This document shows positions 48,406 through 61,786 of a stretch of DNA of 64,000 nucleotides, in pieces. The notes beneath the pieces are model-generated. The model searched no databases. It had not been told where the DNA came from and saw nothing but the letters and a program-made list of their open reading frames with translations. The position numbers were made by a program, and so were the translations under genes. Source of the stretch: Prorocentrum cordatum (Eukaryota); NCBI GenBank assembly GCA_963575745.1, contig CAUYUJ010000295.1, positions 1 to 64,000 on the forward strand. Direction: 5' to 3'. How positions within the stretch are numbered: the first letter of the stretch is position 1; the number at the start of each line of letters is the position of its first letter.

Positions 48406-50709
48406 TAACCCACACTCACCCCCGCCAGGAACCCCACTCCCGACCTGGTGATCCAGGAGGTCCTGGGGGTGGCGGCCTTTTTGGCCCCCAGGACCTGGCG
48501 GAAGTGCGGGTGGGTTGCGCTGCCCTGAGTCGGCCTCCCTCCTCGTTCTTTCCCTACCGATGCCGATCGCACCGAATGACGATTGAGAAGACCTTTTTTC
48601 GGGCGCGCGCCCCCAGAACCCCTCGAGGCCGGTCCCCTGCGCGCGCCGCGCGCCAAACCCCACAGGCGCGCCGCGGCGGCACTGCCGCCCCCGAAGGGCC
48701 ACTGGCACTGCGGGCGGCCCGAAGCAGGCAGCGGTGCGGTGGCCGGGAGCCTTCTGCGTAGAAGCAGGGACCAAACAAGGACAGAAACATAAAAACTCGC
48801 AGGTCCGCCCGGACATCTTGGATCGGCGCTGGAGCCCCCTGGCGGCGCCTCCGGTGCCGCCCCTTGCGCGCTCCGCGCGCCAAGGAGGGGGGATCCAGCG
48901 CCGATCCAAGAAATCCGCGCGGACCTTCGAGTTGTGATGTGTATGTCACGGTTTGTTCCTCGATCGAAGGGCCGACTGAGGACTCACGACGGCGCTATGG
49001 AGGCCACCCAAAAGGGAATGGAGAAGATGGGGTCGGATGATCGCGCCGCATCGCTGATGCCTCCGTGACGCTGGGACGGAGATAACCAAGCTCCAGCTCG
49101 TGCCGCATTGCCGACGCATCTAGAGAAGACAAATTCACAGAAACATTAACTTTCGGAGGTCTACGAGGTTCTCGTAGATCGGTGCTGGACCACACTTTAC
49201 AGCGCGCGGAGCGCACCAGGGGCGGCGCCGGAGGCGCCGCCAGGGTGGCCCAACGCCGATCCAAGACCCTCGCACGGACCTCCAAAAGGTTAGTTATGCT
49301 CATGTATGTCGATGTTCTTCTGCGAGCATCGGCGATTCAAAGGCGAAGGGAGGAGCGAATAGCCCAGGGGCGGGCCTTACACGCATCCGCCGGGGAGCCT
49401 CGCCGAAGACGTGAACCACCGGCGCCCCTGGATGCGCATGTGCTGTCCCCCCCGGGCTGTTCGCCCCCCATCGTCGCCTCCGAGCGATGCGGCGTGATGG
49501 GCCGACCCCATCTGCTCTGGCCTGCGACTGAAGGGCAACGGTACTCCCGCTCCGGGGGGGGGGGAACGCCGACCTGGAAGCAACGATGCCTCGCGAGTGG
49601 ATTGGCGATGGGCCCCCGAGAGCGAACGTCCGCACGCTCCTGGGCGGGGCGGGCCATCGGGCTTCCATCCGCGTCACGTGGGCACATGGGCGGCTGGGGG
49701 CCGATGCTCAGTATCCCCCTGAACCCGTCCCCCCTCAATAGAAGCTTCGCGCATCGGGTCCCAACAGATAGGGCATGACAGTGTCGGAGGATCGCGCCGC
49801 ATCGCCGCCGCATCGCCGCGATGCACCAACGACAGAACGGTGACGTCGGCGACGCATCGGCGCAGTCGGCGCGGAGAAAATCGGACCCCACGTTGAGCCG
49901 CATCGCCGATGCATCGGCCATACGGCGCGAGTATCCGATTCCACCTGTTCCGACCCCATCTTGGAGGCCCCACTTAGCCCGTACCTTCACCTCCCTCCCC
50001 CTCCCTATACGCCACTCAGGACGCTTCTAACCAAATTGGAAACCACGTTATTCCTAATATGTGTATATAGTTATATATATATATATGTATGTGAACAGAC
50101 ACAAATGCATATCTCTCTATATGTGTATAAAACTATTTATGTACATCTGTACACATACATATGTATATATATGTATGTTTACACATATCTTTAGTACATA
50201 CATGTACATATACATGTGTATATATATATATATATATATGTAGGCAACCCACCTCGGCATCCAATTCATTTTCCATGTAAGTACCCCTCCCCCTTATCAA
50301 TTGATCAACTACCGATGTGTTTCAAGTAATGCTGCCCTGCCAATTGCGAGTCATAGCCCGGGTCTCCAGCGGCCGTTCGGGACGAGCATGTCCAGAATGT
50401 CCGCGCTGACTCTACAACAATTTTGCCCTACTGCGGCGCCGCGAGCTCCGCGCTGCCCATGATCCCCCTGACGCTGCGCCAAGGTCCGCGCCTGCGAGAC
50501 CGGCAGCCAGACTTCGGGCGTGTCCCCTAAAGGCGGATTTCTGATAAACAACATTTGAAACATATTCAAACATATTCACAAAACTAATAGAAACATCGCC
50601 CCAAAACTATTTTTGTTACTATGTTTGAACGTTCCTCCTGTAGAGGGACAGGCCCGACGCCGCGGCGCTCCGCTCAGCCGCTGCGCCTCGGCGGCCGCGA
50701 CCCAGGCTC

Positions 50710-51134
50710 TCACCACTGCGGCACGGCGAGGGGCCCCGCGCCGGCGCCCGCCCACGCGCCCGGCCCGCCGGCCGCAGGTGGCGCAGCAGCCGCCGGCGCG
50801 CCGGGGACGGCGGCCACCGCTGGCGGCGCGCCGTGCGCTGGCGGCGCGCCGTGCGCTGGCGGCCAGGCGGCCGCGCCCGCCGCTGGCGGCGCGCCGGGCG
50901 CGACGGCCGCCGCTGGCGGCGCGCCGTGCGCTGGCGGCCAGGCGGCCGCGGCCCCGCCGGCGGCGCGCCGGGCGCGCCTGGCGCGTGTGCGCCCGCCGCC
51001 AGCGGCGCGCCGGCTGCTGGTGGCGCGTCGGGCGCGTAGCCGATCACGGGCGCGGCGCGAGCGGCGGGGCGCTGGCCGGCGCGGCCGGCGAGCGGGCAGG
51101 CGGCGTGGGCACACTGGAAGCAGCGCAGCTGCGC
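50710..51134 (-). CDS. TOP3: Topoisomerase III-like gene, last exon (one frameshift near 50952)
   Basis: ccag|GCG acceptor; AQLRCFQCAHAACPLAG then an Ala/Pro/Gly tail with WPPAHGAPP repeats ending PQW-TGA if one G is added to a G-run. Confidence 0.75.
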
Positions 51135-51999
51135 CTGGCGCGTGCGGGGACTGGGGGTCGAGCAGGAGACCGACTGCAAAGTTGATTCGCCCCAGAATCA
51201 AACGCTCCGTAGACCCACGGAACATCCTACTCTGTATTTCTTATTTGGGGAATTCGGCGCGCAAATCAAGTTTGGGGTAAGCCGATTCTGTAGTCTGGCT
51301 GGTGAAATGAGGAACGCTAAATAAGGATTGGCACCAGAAGAGCCTGGGTGCACGAGGAAGGCTACAGTCGGACCCAGGTCAGAAGAACATCCCTCAAGAA
51401 CACGAGACCCTCCGACGGCCAACACGCACAGAACATCCAAGGGTACCCTCCCCAGGGTGCACAAGAACACCCAACACACACGATCAACATTCGGGTACCC
51501 TCCCCGAACCGACCTTGATTCTACACCTCGGCCCGCCTGCAGAGGAACAACCACGGAAGGACCCAGGGAACGGCGAGCCCCTTCCGAACCCAAAGTGGTC
51601 CGCGTTTCACGTACTTCAGCGTCTTGGCAGTACACGACCCCCCACTCGAAGGGTGGGGCGAGGGCGGCGGGGGCGGCACGGGCGAGGCTGGGAGCGAGGA
51701 CGAGGCTCTCGTCCGCGCTCAGAGGGCCTTCGAGTGTGGGCGCGCGGCGACGACGTCGAAACCACATGCATACTCAACAGAGTGCATGCCCGAGACCGCG
51801 GCGCGCGACCCCCCCACACGCGAGCGAGGTCGGGAGCGAGGGGGATGAGGGCGGGAGGAGCTGCAACAGCTCGACCTGGGGGGGGAATCCCGGCTCGTGC
51901 GAGAGAAACCCTTGTGTATATGTGTGGATATATGCAGCTACACGACCAAGCTTCGGGTGATATGGAGGTTCGGGGGGAGGAATTAATGTCTCATTCTAC

Positions 52000-52871
52000 C
52001 GGTCTCACTATCAACATCACCCGATCGATCTCACGATCGATCTCACAATCGATCAAGTTACCCCACTTATTGTCAATCTGGCAGCCGATCGCACAACCGA
52101 TGTCACAATCGATCCCACTATAGATCCCACTATCGATATCCCTATCGGTCTCACTTTCGATGTCACAATCGGTCTCAATATCGATATCACTTTCAATAGC
52201 GCTTTCGATGTAATCATCGCTCTCACGATCGAACCCACTATCGATCTCAAAATCAATATCACGGTAAGCCAGGGGACACTACGGGACACCGCGGGACACC
52301 ACAGGACACCATTGGGACACCACGGCGGTACACCGCGGGACAACGCAGAACACCACGGGACTCCATCACGGGACTCCATCACGGGACTCAATCACAGGAC
52401 TCCATCACGGGACTCCACCACGGAACTCCATCACGGGACACCACACGACATCATGGGACACCAAAGAGCAACATCGGAACACCACACCGGGGCACCGCAG
52501 GAAACCATCGACACACTACCATGACACCACCATCGGGACACCATTCGAGACACCGCGGGACACCGTTGGAACACCACGGTGGGACACCCCTGGCAGCCGC
52601 TCGCCGCGTGGCGAGGGGGGGGGAGGGCGCGGAAGTCTGTCCTCGCCGCGCCCTGGCCACAGGAGGGTTTATCCCCCTCGCCCGCCCACGCAGCTTCGCC
52701 TCGAACACACGCACGACACGAACACGACACCGAAACCGATTTCCCAGAGGGGGGCTCTCCGTCCCACTGCGATCTCACCTCCTCGCCTCCGATATATGTG
52801 AATATATATATATATATATAAACACTCACACACACACACCTATACGACCACCCTTCGGGCTATATGTACAT

Positions 52872-52924
<53 letters not shown>

Positions 52925-52982
52925 TGTGTGTATATATGTATATACATGTGTATATATGTATGTGTGTATATTCATATGCTTA

Positions 52983-53013
<31 letters not shown>

Positions 53014-53175
53014 ATGTATGTATGTATGCATGTATGTATGTATGTATGTATGTATGCGTATGTCTGTATGTGCGTATGTATGTGTGCGTATGTATGTATG
53101 TGTGTTTGTATGTATGTATGTATGTATGTATGTATGTATGTAGGTATGTAGATATGCATGTACATGTATATATAT

Positions 53176-53230
<55 letters not shown>

Positions 53231-53296
53231 CACATACATACATACGTACATACATACATACATACATACATATTTACTTTTTATATATATATATAT
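52000..53296. repeat. Stacked low-complexity tracts: (ATCG/ATCAC)-like, (GGGACACC)-like, (TA)n, (TCTG)n, (TATG)n, (TATACA)n; similar at 50058-50240 and 7884-8020
   Basis: Direct inspection. Confidence 0.9.
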
Positions 53297-54581
53297 CACG
53301 GGCAAGCCCCACCACACCGCGCGAATTTCGACCACACCGGGCACCCAAGAGGCCCCCAAGACGGCCCCAAGAAGATCCAAAACAGTTCCAAGACGACCCA
53401 AGACGGCCTCAGATGGCTCCACAAAAACTCAAGAGATCCCCTAAACGCCCCAAAACGCCCCCAAGTAGCTCCAAGAGGCCCCCCAAGACGCCCCGAATAT
53501 CCACAAGAAAACGCCAACCACACCCAAGTAATTCCATTCCTTCGGGGAAACGTACATGTTTAGCCATACTTGCGTTTTTCCGGTCCAAAGCTCCAGAACG
53601 GTTCAAGAGGCCCCCCAAATGGCAGCAAAACTGATCCAGAGGCCCCCACGAAGCCCCAAGAGAGCCCCAACACAGCCACAGAGGGCCCAACGACGGCCCA
53701 AGATCACCCCAAGACGGCCCAAGAGAGCCCCAAGACGGCCCAAGCTAGCCCCAAGAGGCTCCCAAGAAAGGCCGAAGAAACCCCCAGCAGAGCCCCACGA
53801 CGGCCAGAACCCCCTGACACAGCTCACAAAGACCCAAACCTGCCCAAAAGGGCCCGAAGACGGTCCAGAAGGGCCTCTAAAAGAATCCAAACGCGCCCAA
53901 CAATAGGGGCTCGCCTCCCACTCTGTTCGTGTTCGCCTTTCTGTGCTCACGAGTGCTCCAGAAGCTGGGACCCCAAGCGGTCGGCGGATTCGGACCTATC
54001 AGTTGGATACCTACATGTGGGGTTTGATTATTCATATGGTGCTGTACCTGGATGTCCTATCAAACGGATGCCTTTGCATCTTTATCATGCATAAACGCAC
54101 GTATGAATAATGCTTGGCTCGAAGTTGTCTGAAACTTCACTTGGAACAGGATACCCAGTTCTTCAACAACAGCTTGCCATGCCTATGTGATCACCCTTGG
54201 ACATAGACTTTTCGCACCTAGCATCGCATGCATTGGACGGCGGCGTTCAGGACTGCGCCCAGGGAAGCGCTAAAGGATCAAGGATCGCGCTCTCGCCTTC
54301 CTCGGGTAATCTCTTGAATTCCCTCGGTACCCACTCTGGGAGTTTTTGGGGCCCTCTTCCATCGTTCGTAGGGCCCCCAGTGATATCCTTGAGGGCGATG
54401 TTGGGGCTATATCGCATGCCCTTGAACAAGAGAGTCGTAAGTTGGTGGGAGGGGCGTGTTCGCCCTTGACAAGTAAAAATGACCAGGAAACATGAAGGAC
54501 CAATGATACATAACATATTCGTAACACCGATGGTGCTTCCGGCAACACGGAACCTTCGTCCGCTTGGAGATTCTCCCTCTG

Positions 54582-54615
<34 letters not shown>

Positions 54616-55569
54616 GCCCACGCCACGCCTGCCGCATGCGCGCCGATCCTCAAGGGCCAAGGTGCATGGCGCGAAGCGCCCGTGCAGTCTTGTGTCTGTG
54701 TGTATATATACAGATAGATATATCGTAGCCTGTGCCCCTCGCTGGCGCGGCCGCACCACTCCACCACTACAGAGGGGCGGGGGGAGGGGGGAGGAGGACG
54801 GCGAGGACGACGAAGGCGAAGGCAAGAAGGAGGAGGAGGACGAGGAAGGGGGCGACGAGGAAGCGACGAGGATGCGACGGGGAGAACGACGAGCAGGCGG
54901 CGCGGGCGAACGCGAGGACGAGGAGGAGGACGAGGAGGCGACGAGGGCGAACGTGACGAGGAGGAGCAAGAAGATCACACAGAGATCCGGCGTGCCGCTT
55001 TTGCTCAATGCGGGGGGCCCTTCCAGGAAGCCTCGACCCTTTCTCAGCGTTACCTTCCGAGCCGTCTTTGTTGACGTGCGAGGCCAATGTACAGACAACA
55101 CCACCGCCCACAAGCAAAACCAATGGTTGCGACAATTATCGGAGTTAGGGCCCTGACCCCACGCCTTTGCGGCGAACAGGAGTGCAGCGCAGCCCACTGG
55201 CGCCATGCGAAGGGAGTTCCCAACATAGAAACCGCGGTGGTGGTGTATCAAAATCGGGCCCTTCAATCATATTCACCACCGCCACGTTTGTGCTGGTGAA
55301 CCCCGTGCGGGCACGCGTGCGCGAGTGGGGGGGGCCCGTCGTCGTTGGAAGTGGGGCTGCGACAGCGGCTTCCCCACCAGAGCCTAACTGCGCCAAAACG
55401 TATCGCGCGTTGTTTCCCCTGTCTTGGTGGTGGTGGTCATTCACCGTGCTCGGGCTTTTTCACGGCCCGAGGGCCCAACGAGGGCCAATGGATGGCCTAA
55501 AGCAGTGAAACACTTCCGCACTGCGTCCGGTCAATGCGTTGGAGGTCTTGGGAAAACGCCCAGATCAGA

Positions 55570-55813
55570 TAGAGGCCTCGGAGGATGGGGTCGGAGTAGA
55601 TGGGGTCGGAGGATCGCGCCGCCTCGGCGATACATCGGCGATGCATCGGCGATATATCGGCGATGCACCAGCGATGCATCGGCGATGTCGGCGCTGAACC
55701 GCCGACGTTGGCGTGGAGAACATCGGGCTCCGCATCGAGCCGCATCGCCGATGCATCGGCGATGCGGCGCCATCCTCCGACCCCATCTGCTCCGACCCCA
55801 CCTGGGAGGCCTA
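55570..55813. mobile_element. Palindromic MITE family D; other copies 63752-63988, ~49750-49970, ~48998-49110 (interrupted by family A)
   Basis: ggcctc..gatggggtcggagtagatggggtcgg ... ccgaccccatctgctccgacccca..gaggcc, with a catcggcgatg core. Confidence 0.8.
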
Positions 55814-55976
55814 GATCAGGGTCAGGTCGGGCATGTCCCTGCAGGCGGATGCAAACATGGCCAGAGATAGCAGTATAAAACCATCGTCCCCCGACTACCT
55901 TTGGGACTGCTTTTGGAACCTTCCTCCTGTGGAGGGACACGCCCGCCTTTACGATCAGGGCCGCGATCGGCCGCGC

Positions 55977-56048
55977 CTCCCCCGGGTGCAGGTCCGGGGG
56001 CGGGTTGCTGAAGCAGAACGGGCAGATGTTGTGCTCGCGGCGCGTGTC
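55977..56048 (-). CDS. TOP3: Topoisomerase III-like gene, penultimate exon
   Basis: 72 nt, DTRREHNICPFCFSNPPPDLHPGE (cf. TOP3B LCPYCYNHPP); cgag|GAC acceptor, GAG|gc donor; all codons end in G/C. Confidence 0.85.
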
Positions 56049-59000
56049 CTCGCCGGCGAGGGCAGGCTCGGCGCGCGGCCGCCCCCGCGGGAGGGGCAGC
56101 GATACACACAGGACGATACGATTGTGCATGCCATGGCAGTGGACACTCGAACCCTTCTATCACTTAATGCAAGACGTGTTTGAAATGTTAGAAGCATGTT
56201 ATAAAACATGTTGTAAGCATGCTTACAACATGTCTAACACTTGTTTCGGCATCTGGATTGTTTGTTGGACCATGCCTCCTCTCAATTGATAGATTGGCGA
56301 TGCAGTAGGGACTCGGACACGAGAGACCTTCCACAAGAAGCCCAACCCGGAGGCTCCAAGACGTCCACTGACTTCGGGTGTGGGAATGTCGCCCTTCTCA
56401 TCGCAAAACCATCGGAATCCAAGAAACCCGGGGCACCCTGGAGGCGAGCAGGGTGGTTCTTGGCATGGGTCTCCACTGCAGAACCCCGATGGCGAATCCG
56501 GAGCAAGCGGACCCCATATCAGCGATGGACTGGGCGACTGGGGGTCGATGCCTCCCCCATGCATGTTTTCGGGCCATAACTCGGCTCTCCGGCGGCGATC
56601 CAGGCACCCGCGGAACGCCCTCGGCGAGGCGCAGCCGCTGGAAGGCACCCACAGGCTGGAACACCGCCGAGGACCGGCGAGATCGCCCTAAGACCACGCG
56701 CCTCGAAACCTCAAGACTCGAAGCTGCCCTCCCTGCGCCAACCTCCCCCCCCCGACGCTGCCCCTGATCAGCGGCGGCCCTCGCGGTGCCGGGACCCTTC
56801 TCGGCGGCGCTCGAGCGCGGGCCGATCTCCACGGTCCCACGCCCGTTCGGCAAGCCTGCCTCGGCCCCGTCGTGGCCGAGGGGTGGGGTGGGCTGGGGGC
56901 TCTTTTTTGGGTGATAGCTCCCAGCGGCGATGCGCGCCTGGAAGCCTGGATCCTCCCCCCTTCCTGACCCAACTCCGCATCAAGTCTGCCACGTGGAGCC
57001 CTCCTGAGGGGGAGGAGGGGGAGGAGGAGGAGGAGGAGGAGGAGGAGGAGGAGGAGGAGGAGGATAAGGAGGAGGAGGAGGAGGAGGAGGAGGAGGAGGA
57101 GGAGGAGGATAAGGAGGAGGAGGAGGAGGAGGAGGAGGAGGAGGAGGAGGAGGAGGGGTCTCCAGAACAAGAATCCACAACATTGGGCCGTTCTTTTTTC
57201 GAGCGGCCTCCTGCCGTGGCGACGAGGACCTCTGAGGCGGCGACGTCCAGGGTCCTCGGCACTCGATCCGCCTCCTCCCCGTCCCTCGGCGCGGGGCCTC
57301 GGTGCGAGAAAACTGGCTCGGGGTGCTCCTCCCCGTCCTCCTCCGCCTCCGCCTCCTCCGCCTCCGCCTCCTCCTCCTCCTCCTTCCTCTTCCTCCCCCT
57401 CCCTCGGCGCGGGCGGAAAGCATTATGACGATGCCCAGCATCGATCGAATGCTGTGCAACACCGACTGCGGCCGGTGTTGGACAGGCGGCGTTTGTCCTA
57501 ACTCGACGTCGTCTGCGGCGACACCGACAACGAGCCCCGTTGAAAACGGGCAGGAATATGCTGCTGATCGTCCACACTATTTCCGTCCCCATTTTAGACC
57601 GCCCCGAATGGCCTAGGCTGTCCACGGCGACACCAAAAGCGAAACACTGACCAACCCGATAGCGAAGCCGAAACCTGCCGACACCGACAGGCCGAAAGCA
57701 GCCTCAGATGGGCGCAACGACGCAGCCACGGCACGGCAACCGACCGAACCGTACCGACCGAACTAGGACGATAGTGATGTCATGATGCGAGTGGCCCATT
57801 CTAATTTCCAGGAGTTCGGGAGAATCCAGCGGCCATCGGTTATGAAGAGCCTGCGGAATAAGTAAGAAGGAAGTCCAGGCTATCCTGGAAACATCGGGAC
57901 GCAGCAACATCATGGCTTCCATGACTTCTCCTGCTCCTCCGACAAACGCAATTGACAGGTCGAACGCAGCCCAGCAGGGCACCGCGAAGCAGCGACGACA
58001 CACCCGCCGACCGAACCGAACTGACCGATCGTAAAACTTTGGTCCCCTCACGTCGCGCATCGCGTCCAGCAGTGCGCGAGGAGAAGGAGGAGGAGAAGGA
58101 GGAGGAGGAGGAGGAAGGAGGAGGAGGAAGGAGGTGGAGGAGGAGGAGGAGGAGGAGGAGGAGGAGGAGGAGGAAGAGGAGGAAGGATGAGGAGGAGGAG
58201 GAGGAGGAGGAGGAGGAGGAGGACGAGGAGGAGGAGGAGGAGGAGGAGGAGGAGGAGGAGAGGAGGAAGGATGAGGAGGAGGAGGAGGAGGAGGAGGACG
58301 AGGAGGAGGAGGAGGAGGAGGAGGAGGAGGAGGAGGAGGAGGAGGAGGGAGGAGGGGGAGGTTGGCCTCGCGCCCTCGCGCCAATCCCCCTTGGAGCAAG
58401 AGGGCGGGTCCTCCGTCCCAGACCGTGACGCTCGCGAAGCGCGATTCTACTCAAGGTCGTGCGTGTCCCCCCACAGGCGGCTCCTGGAAGAAAACCAAAC
58501 ATAGTCAAAGCACATGCTCGAACATAGTCGAACGACAGTCGAAACCTCGTCCACGACGATGTTTTTTGACCATGTTTGAATATTCCCGACGGAGGGACGG
58601 GCCCGACACGAGATGATGCCTCTTCGCGCCCCCGTGGGCGGCCTCTGCAGCAGCCGTGCTCCCACAAGTGGACAAGCGCGCTCCAATACCTTTCGGTCGG
58701 GCCTGTCCCCCCTACAGGTGGATCTTGGAGGAAACAACCATGAAACATACTCCCAAATAGTCAACAAATAAGAAAAAAAACATCCCCAGACGATTGTTTG
58801 ACTACATTTGAATATTCCTCCTGCAGAGGGACACGCCCGACTCAACACTACCTGCAAAATGACTATTCGCAAATGGCCTCGATCCTAGAGGAAGAACAAG
58901 AATGCCATAGACATAAACTTTTCGCGATCCGCGCGGATTTCTCGGATCTGCACTGGACCCTCCTCCCTGGCGCGCGGAGCGCGCCAGTGGCGGCGCCAGC

Positions 59001-61656
59001 GCCGCCGGGGGGGCCCAGCGCGGATCCTGGAAATCCGCGCGGAGCGCGAACCGTTTCATGTTCATGGCGTTTTTTCTTCTTCGAGATCCGCCGCGGGGGG
59101 TTTACGACACATTACACAGAGGGCGTGTTTTGTTGCTGTTCGGACGTTTGCGAGTAGGCACTTTGGGAGCAGCGGAACGCGCTCGGTGAACAGCGAGTGG
59201 TGGGCTTGCTCTCCACCGCCACCACCATCAGAGGGGGAGGGGGTCCTCCTCCTCCTCCTCCTCCTCCTCCTCCTCCTCCTGCTCCTGCTCCTCCTCCTCC
59301 TCCTCCTCCTCAACTTACGGTTGTGGTGGTGGGAAACAAACCCATCAGAGAGAGCCGCACCGAGAGCGGGTAGGCGCTCCCAGCCACGCCTGGAGCCTCG
59401 GCCTCGAACAGGCTCCCGCCTGCAGGGCCCCAGGCCCGACCACCGGAGTCCCACGCCGTGAGCCCGCAGCGGTCTTTCGCTCGGCACGCTTTGACTGTAA
59501 ACATAAACAAAGACATACAAACTCGGCAACTGGAGACATGAACATAAGCACAAACATAAGCAGAAACGGTCATCGGGGAACGAAAAAGGACATAAACGTA
59601 GAAACTTGGAGGTCCGCGCGGACTTCTCGGATCGGCGCTGAGGCCTCCTGGCGACGCCTCCGGCGCCGCCCCTGGCGCGCTCCGCGCGCCAGGGAGGGGG
59701 GTCCAGCGCCGATCCGAAGAATCCGCGCGGACCTCCGAGTTCTTATGTTTATGTCATTCCTCGTTCCCCAATGACCGCAGGCAGCCGACTGCGACGCAAT
59801 CCCCGTCGCCTAGTGTTCGGGTTATGCAGTCGGCCCGTACCAGAAGGATGCGCGATACGGATGCAGGGGCCTTGGACGCCCATTTCGAAGCTTTTCGCGC
59901 GGGGCGCGGCCAACGAAAGTGGCCAAGGATGGGCCGAGGAGGTAAAAATGCAATGGCACCCTTGGGAAAATCGCTATCCTTACTGTGCGGGTCGACTGTA
60001 ACTCGGGTCCCCGGCGGCCGTTCGGGATGGTTCGGACAAGCCCGGAACGCCCTCGGCGAGGCGCGGCTGCCGGAAAGCATCGCGAGGTTGGGAAGCCGCC
60101 GAGAACCTGAAAACGTGCAACCGAATCGAATCTTCCGAACGCAGCCGACTGCGACGCAGCCGAACCGACTGAATCGCTCACGCCCCTAACCCGCAGCGGG
60201 CCCCGCAAACGGTAAGGTCGCGTTTATGCCATGTGCGAAAACGTTGAGAAACACTGCTCATCAAAACGGGGCAAAACAATTGCTTCAGAATTGGAGCCCG
60301 AACCAGAACTAAAAACAAAAACGGTTGTGGAACCGGGGAATAGAAACGGCTCCGGAACCAACAACAAATCAGCAAAACGGAACCTGCAAAAATCTGCTTC
60401 CTAAAACATCTATCCCTGGACCTCTCCTGGGATGCGTTCTGTCTAGAATTACGACTGACATGTCCTCCTACGGGCGGATTTTGGAGGAACAAGAAAAAAC
60501 TGTCAACATAAATATTCAAAAATAGTAATATAAAAAATTCCCCAAAATCGTGCCCAGACTATTTTTTTACTATTTGTGCATATTCCTCCTGTAGAGGGAC
60601 ACGCCCGACTTACGCCTAGAATTTCGAGGCGGATCCAGGCGTGGCCACGAGAGCGCTCCAGGACGATCAAGAGCATCTAGAGAGCGAACCTCGAACCTCG
60701 AACCCCTGAACCCCTGAACCCGCCCTCGTCCGACGAAAACGCACGACCGAACCAAACCTTCCGAACGCGGCCGACGGCCACGCAACCGAGCCGACCGAAG
60801 CGCGCACGCGCACGACCCACCATCCGGAGGCGAGCGAGGGGGGGAAGTGACACGGAGAAGGCCTTCCCAGAAGGCGGCGGGACTTCTCAGAAGCCCTCGC
60901 GCCTTCCGAGAAGGTCTTCTGCGTCTTCGGGAAAGGCTGAGAAAACTTCTCAGAAGGCCGGGGGATTTCCGAGCCTTCCGAGAAGGCCTGCCCCTTCTCA
61001 CTTCCCCCCCGAGCTCGCCACCCCAGACCCCCGACGTCATGACCTTTCCATGATGCGACCCCCAGAGATCCGGACCCATTCCCCGGGACCGGTTTTTCCT
61101 CCTGAGTCTTTCTCTGACGGTCGCGAGGCCCGGTGAGGGCCCGCCTAGGCCGAAGATTGCGAAAAACCTCTCGCGCCGCGATTGTTTTCACAGCCCGAGG
61201 GGGTCTGGGACCGCTCCTCCTGCTCCTCCTCCTGCTCCTGCTCCTCCTCCTCCTCCTCCTCCTCCTCCTCCTGCTCCTCTTCCTCCTGCTCCTGCTCCTC
61301 CTCCTCCTCCTCCTCCTCCTCCTCCTCCTCCTCCTCTCCTCCTCCTGCTCCTCCTCCTGCTCCTCCTGCTCCTCCTCTCCTCCTCCTCCTCCTCCTCCTC
61401 CTCCTCCTGCTCCTCCTCCTCCTCCTGCTCCTGCTCCTGCTCCTCCTCCTCCTCCTCCCCTCTCCTCCTGCTCCTCGTCCTCCTCCTCCTCCTGCTCCTG
61501 CACCTGCTCCTGCTCCCTCCTCTCCTCCTCCTCCGCTCCTCTCCTGCTCCTGCTCCTCTCCTGCTCCTCCTCCTCCTCCTCCTCCTCCTCCTCCTCCTCC
61601 TCCTCCTCCTCCTCCTCCTCCCCCTCCTCCTCCTCGTGGCGCATCGGCCGGCGGTC

Positions 61657-61786
61657 CTCGTTGCGGATGGTGAGCGCCTGGAAGCCGCAGGCGGGGCAGA
61701 TGTGCCCCTTGGGGCTCGGCGTCTGCCCCGCGCGCGCGGGCACCGGCAGCACCGCGCCGCAGGCCGCGCTGGGGCACACCAGGAAC
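61657..61786 (-). CDS. TOP3: Topoisomerase III-like gene, internal exon
   Basis: (R)FLVCPSAACGAVLPVPARAGQTPSPKGHICPACGFQALTIRNE; tcag|G acceptor, GAG|ga donor; all codons end in G/C; joins the next exon in frame. Confidence 0.85.

Noticed and set aside
57420..57965. Possible extra TOP3 exons or a nested gene (also 54960-55300, 63290-63590)
   Set aside because: The flanking TOP3 exons already join seamlessly; no GC3 bias or recognisable motif.
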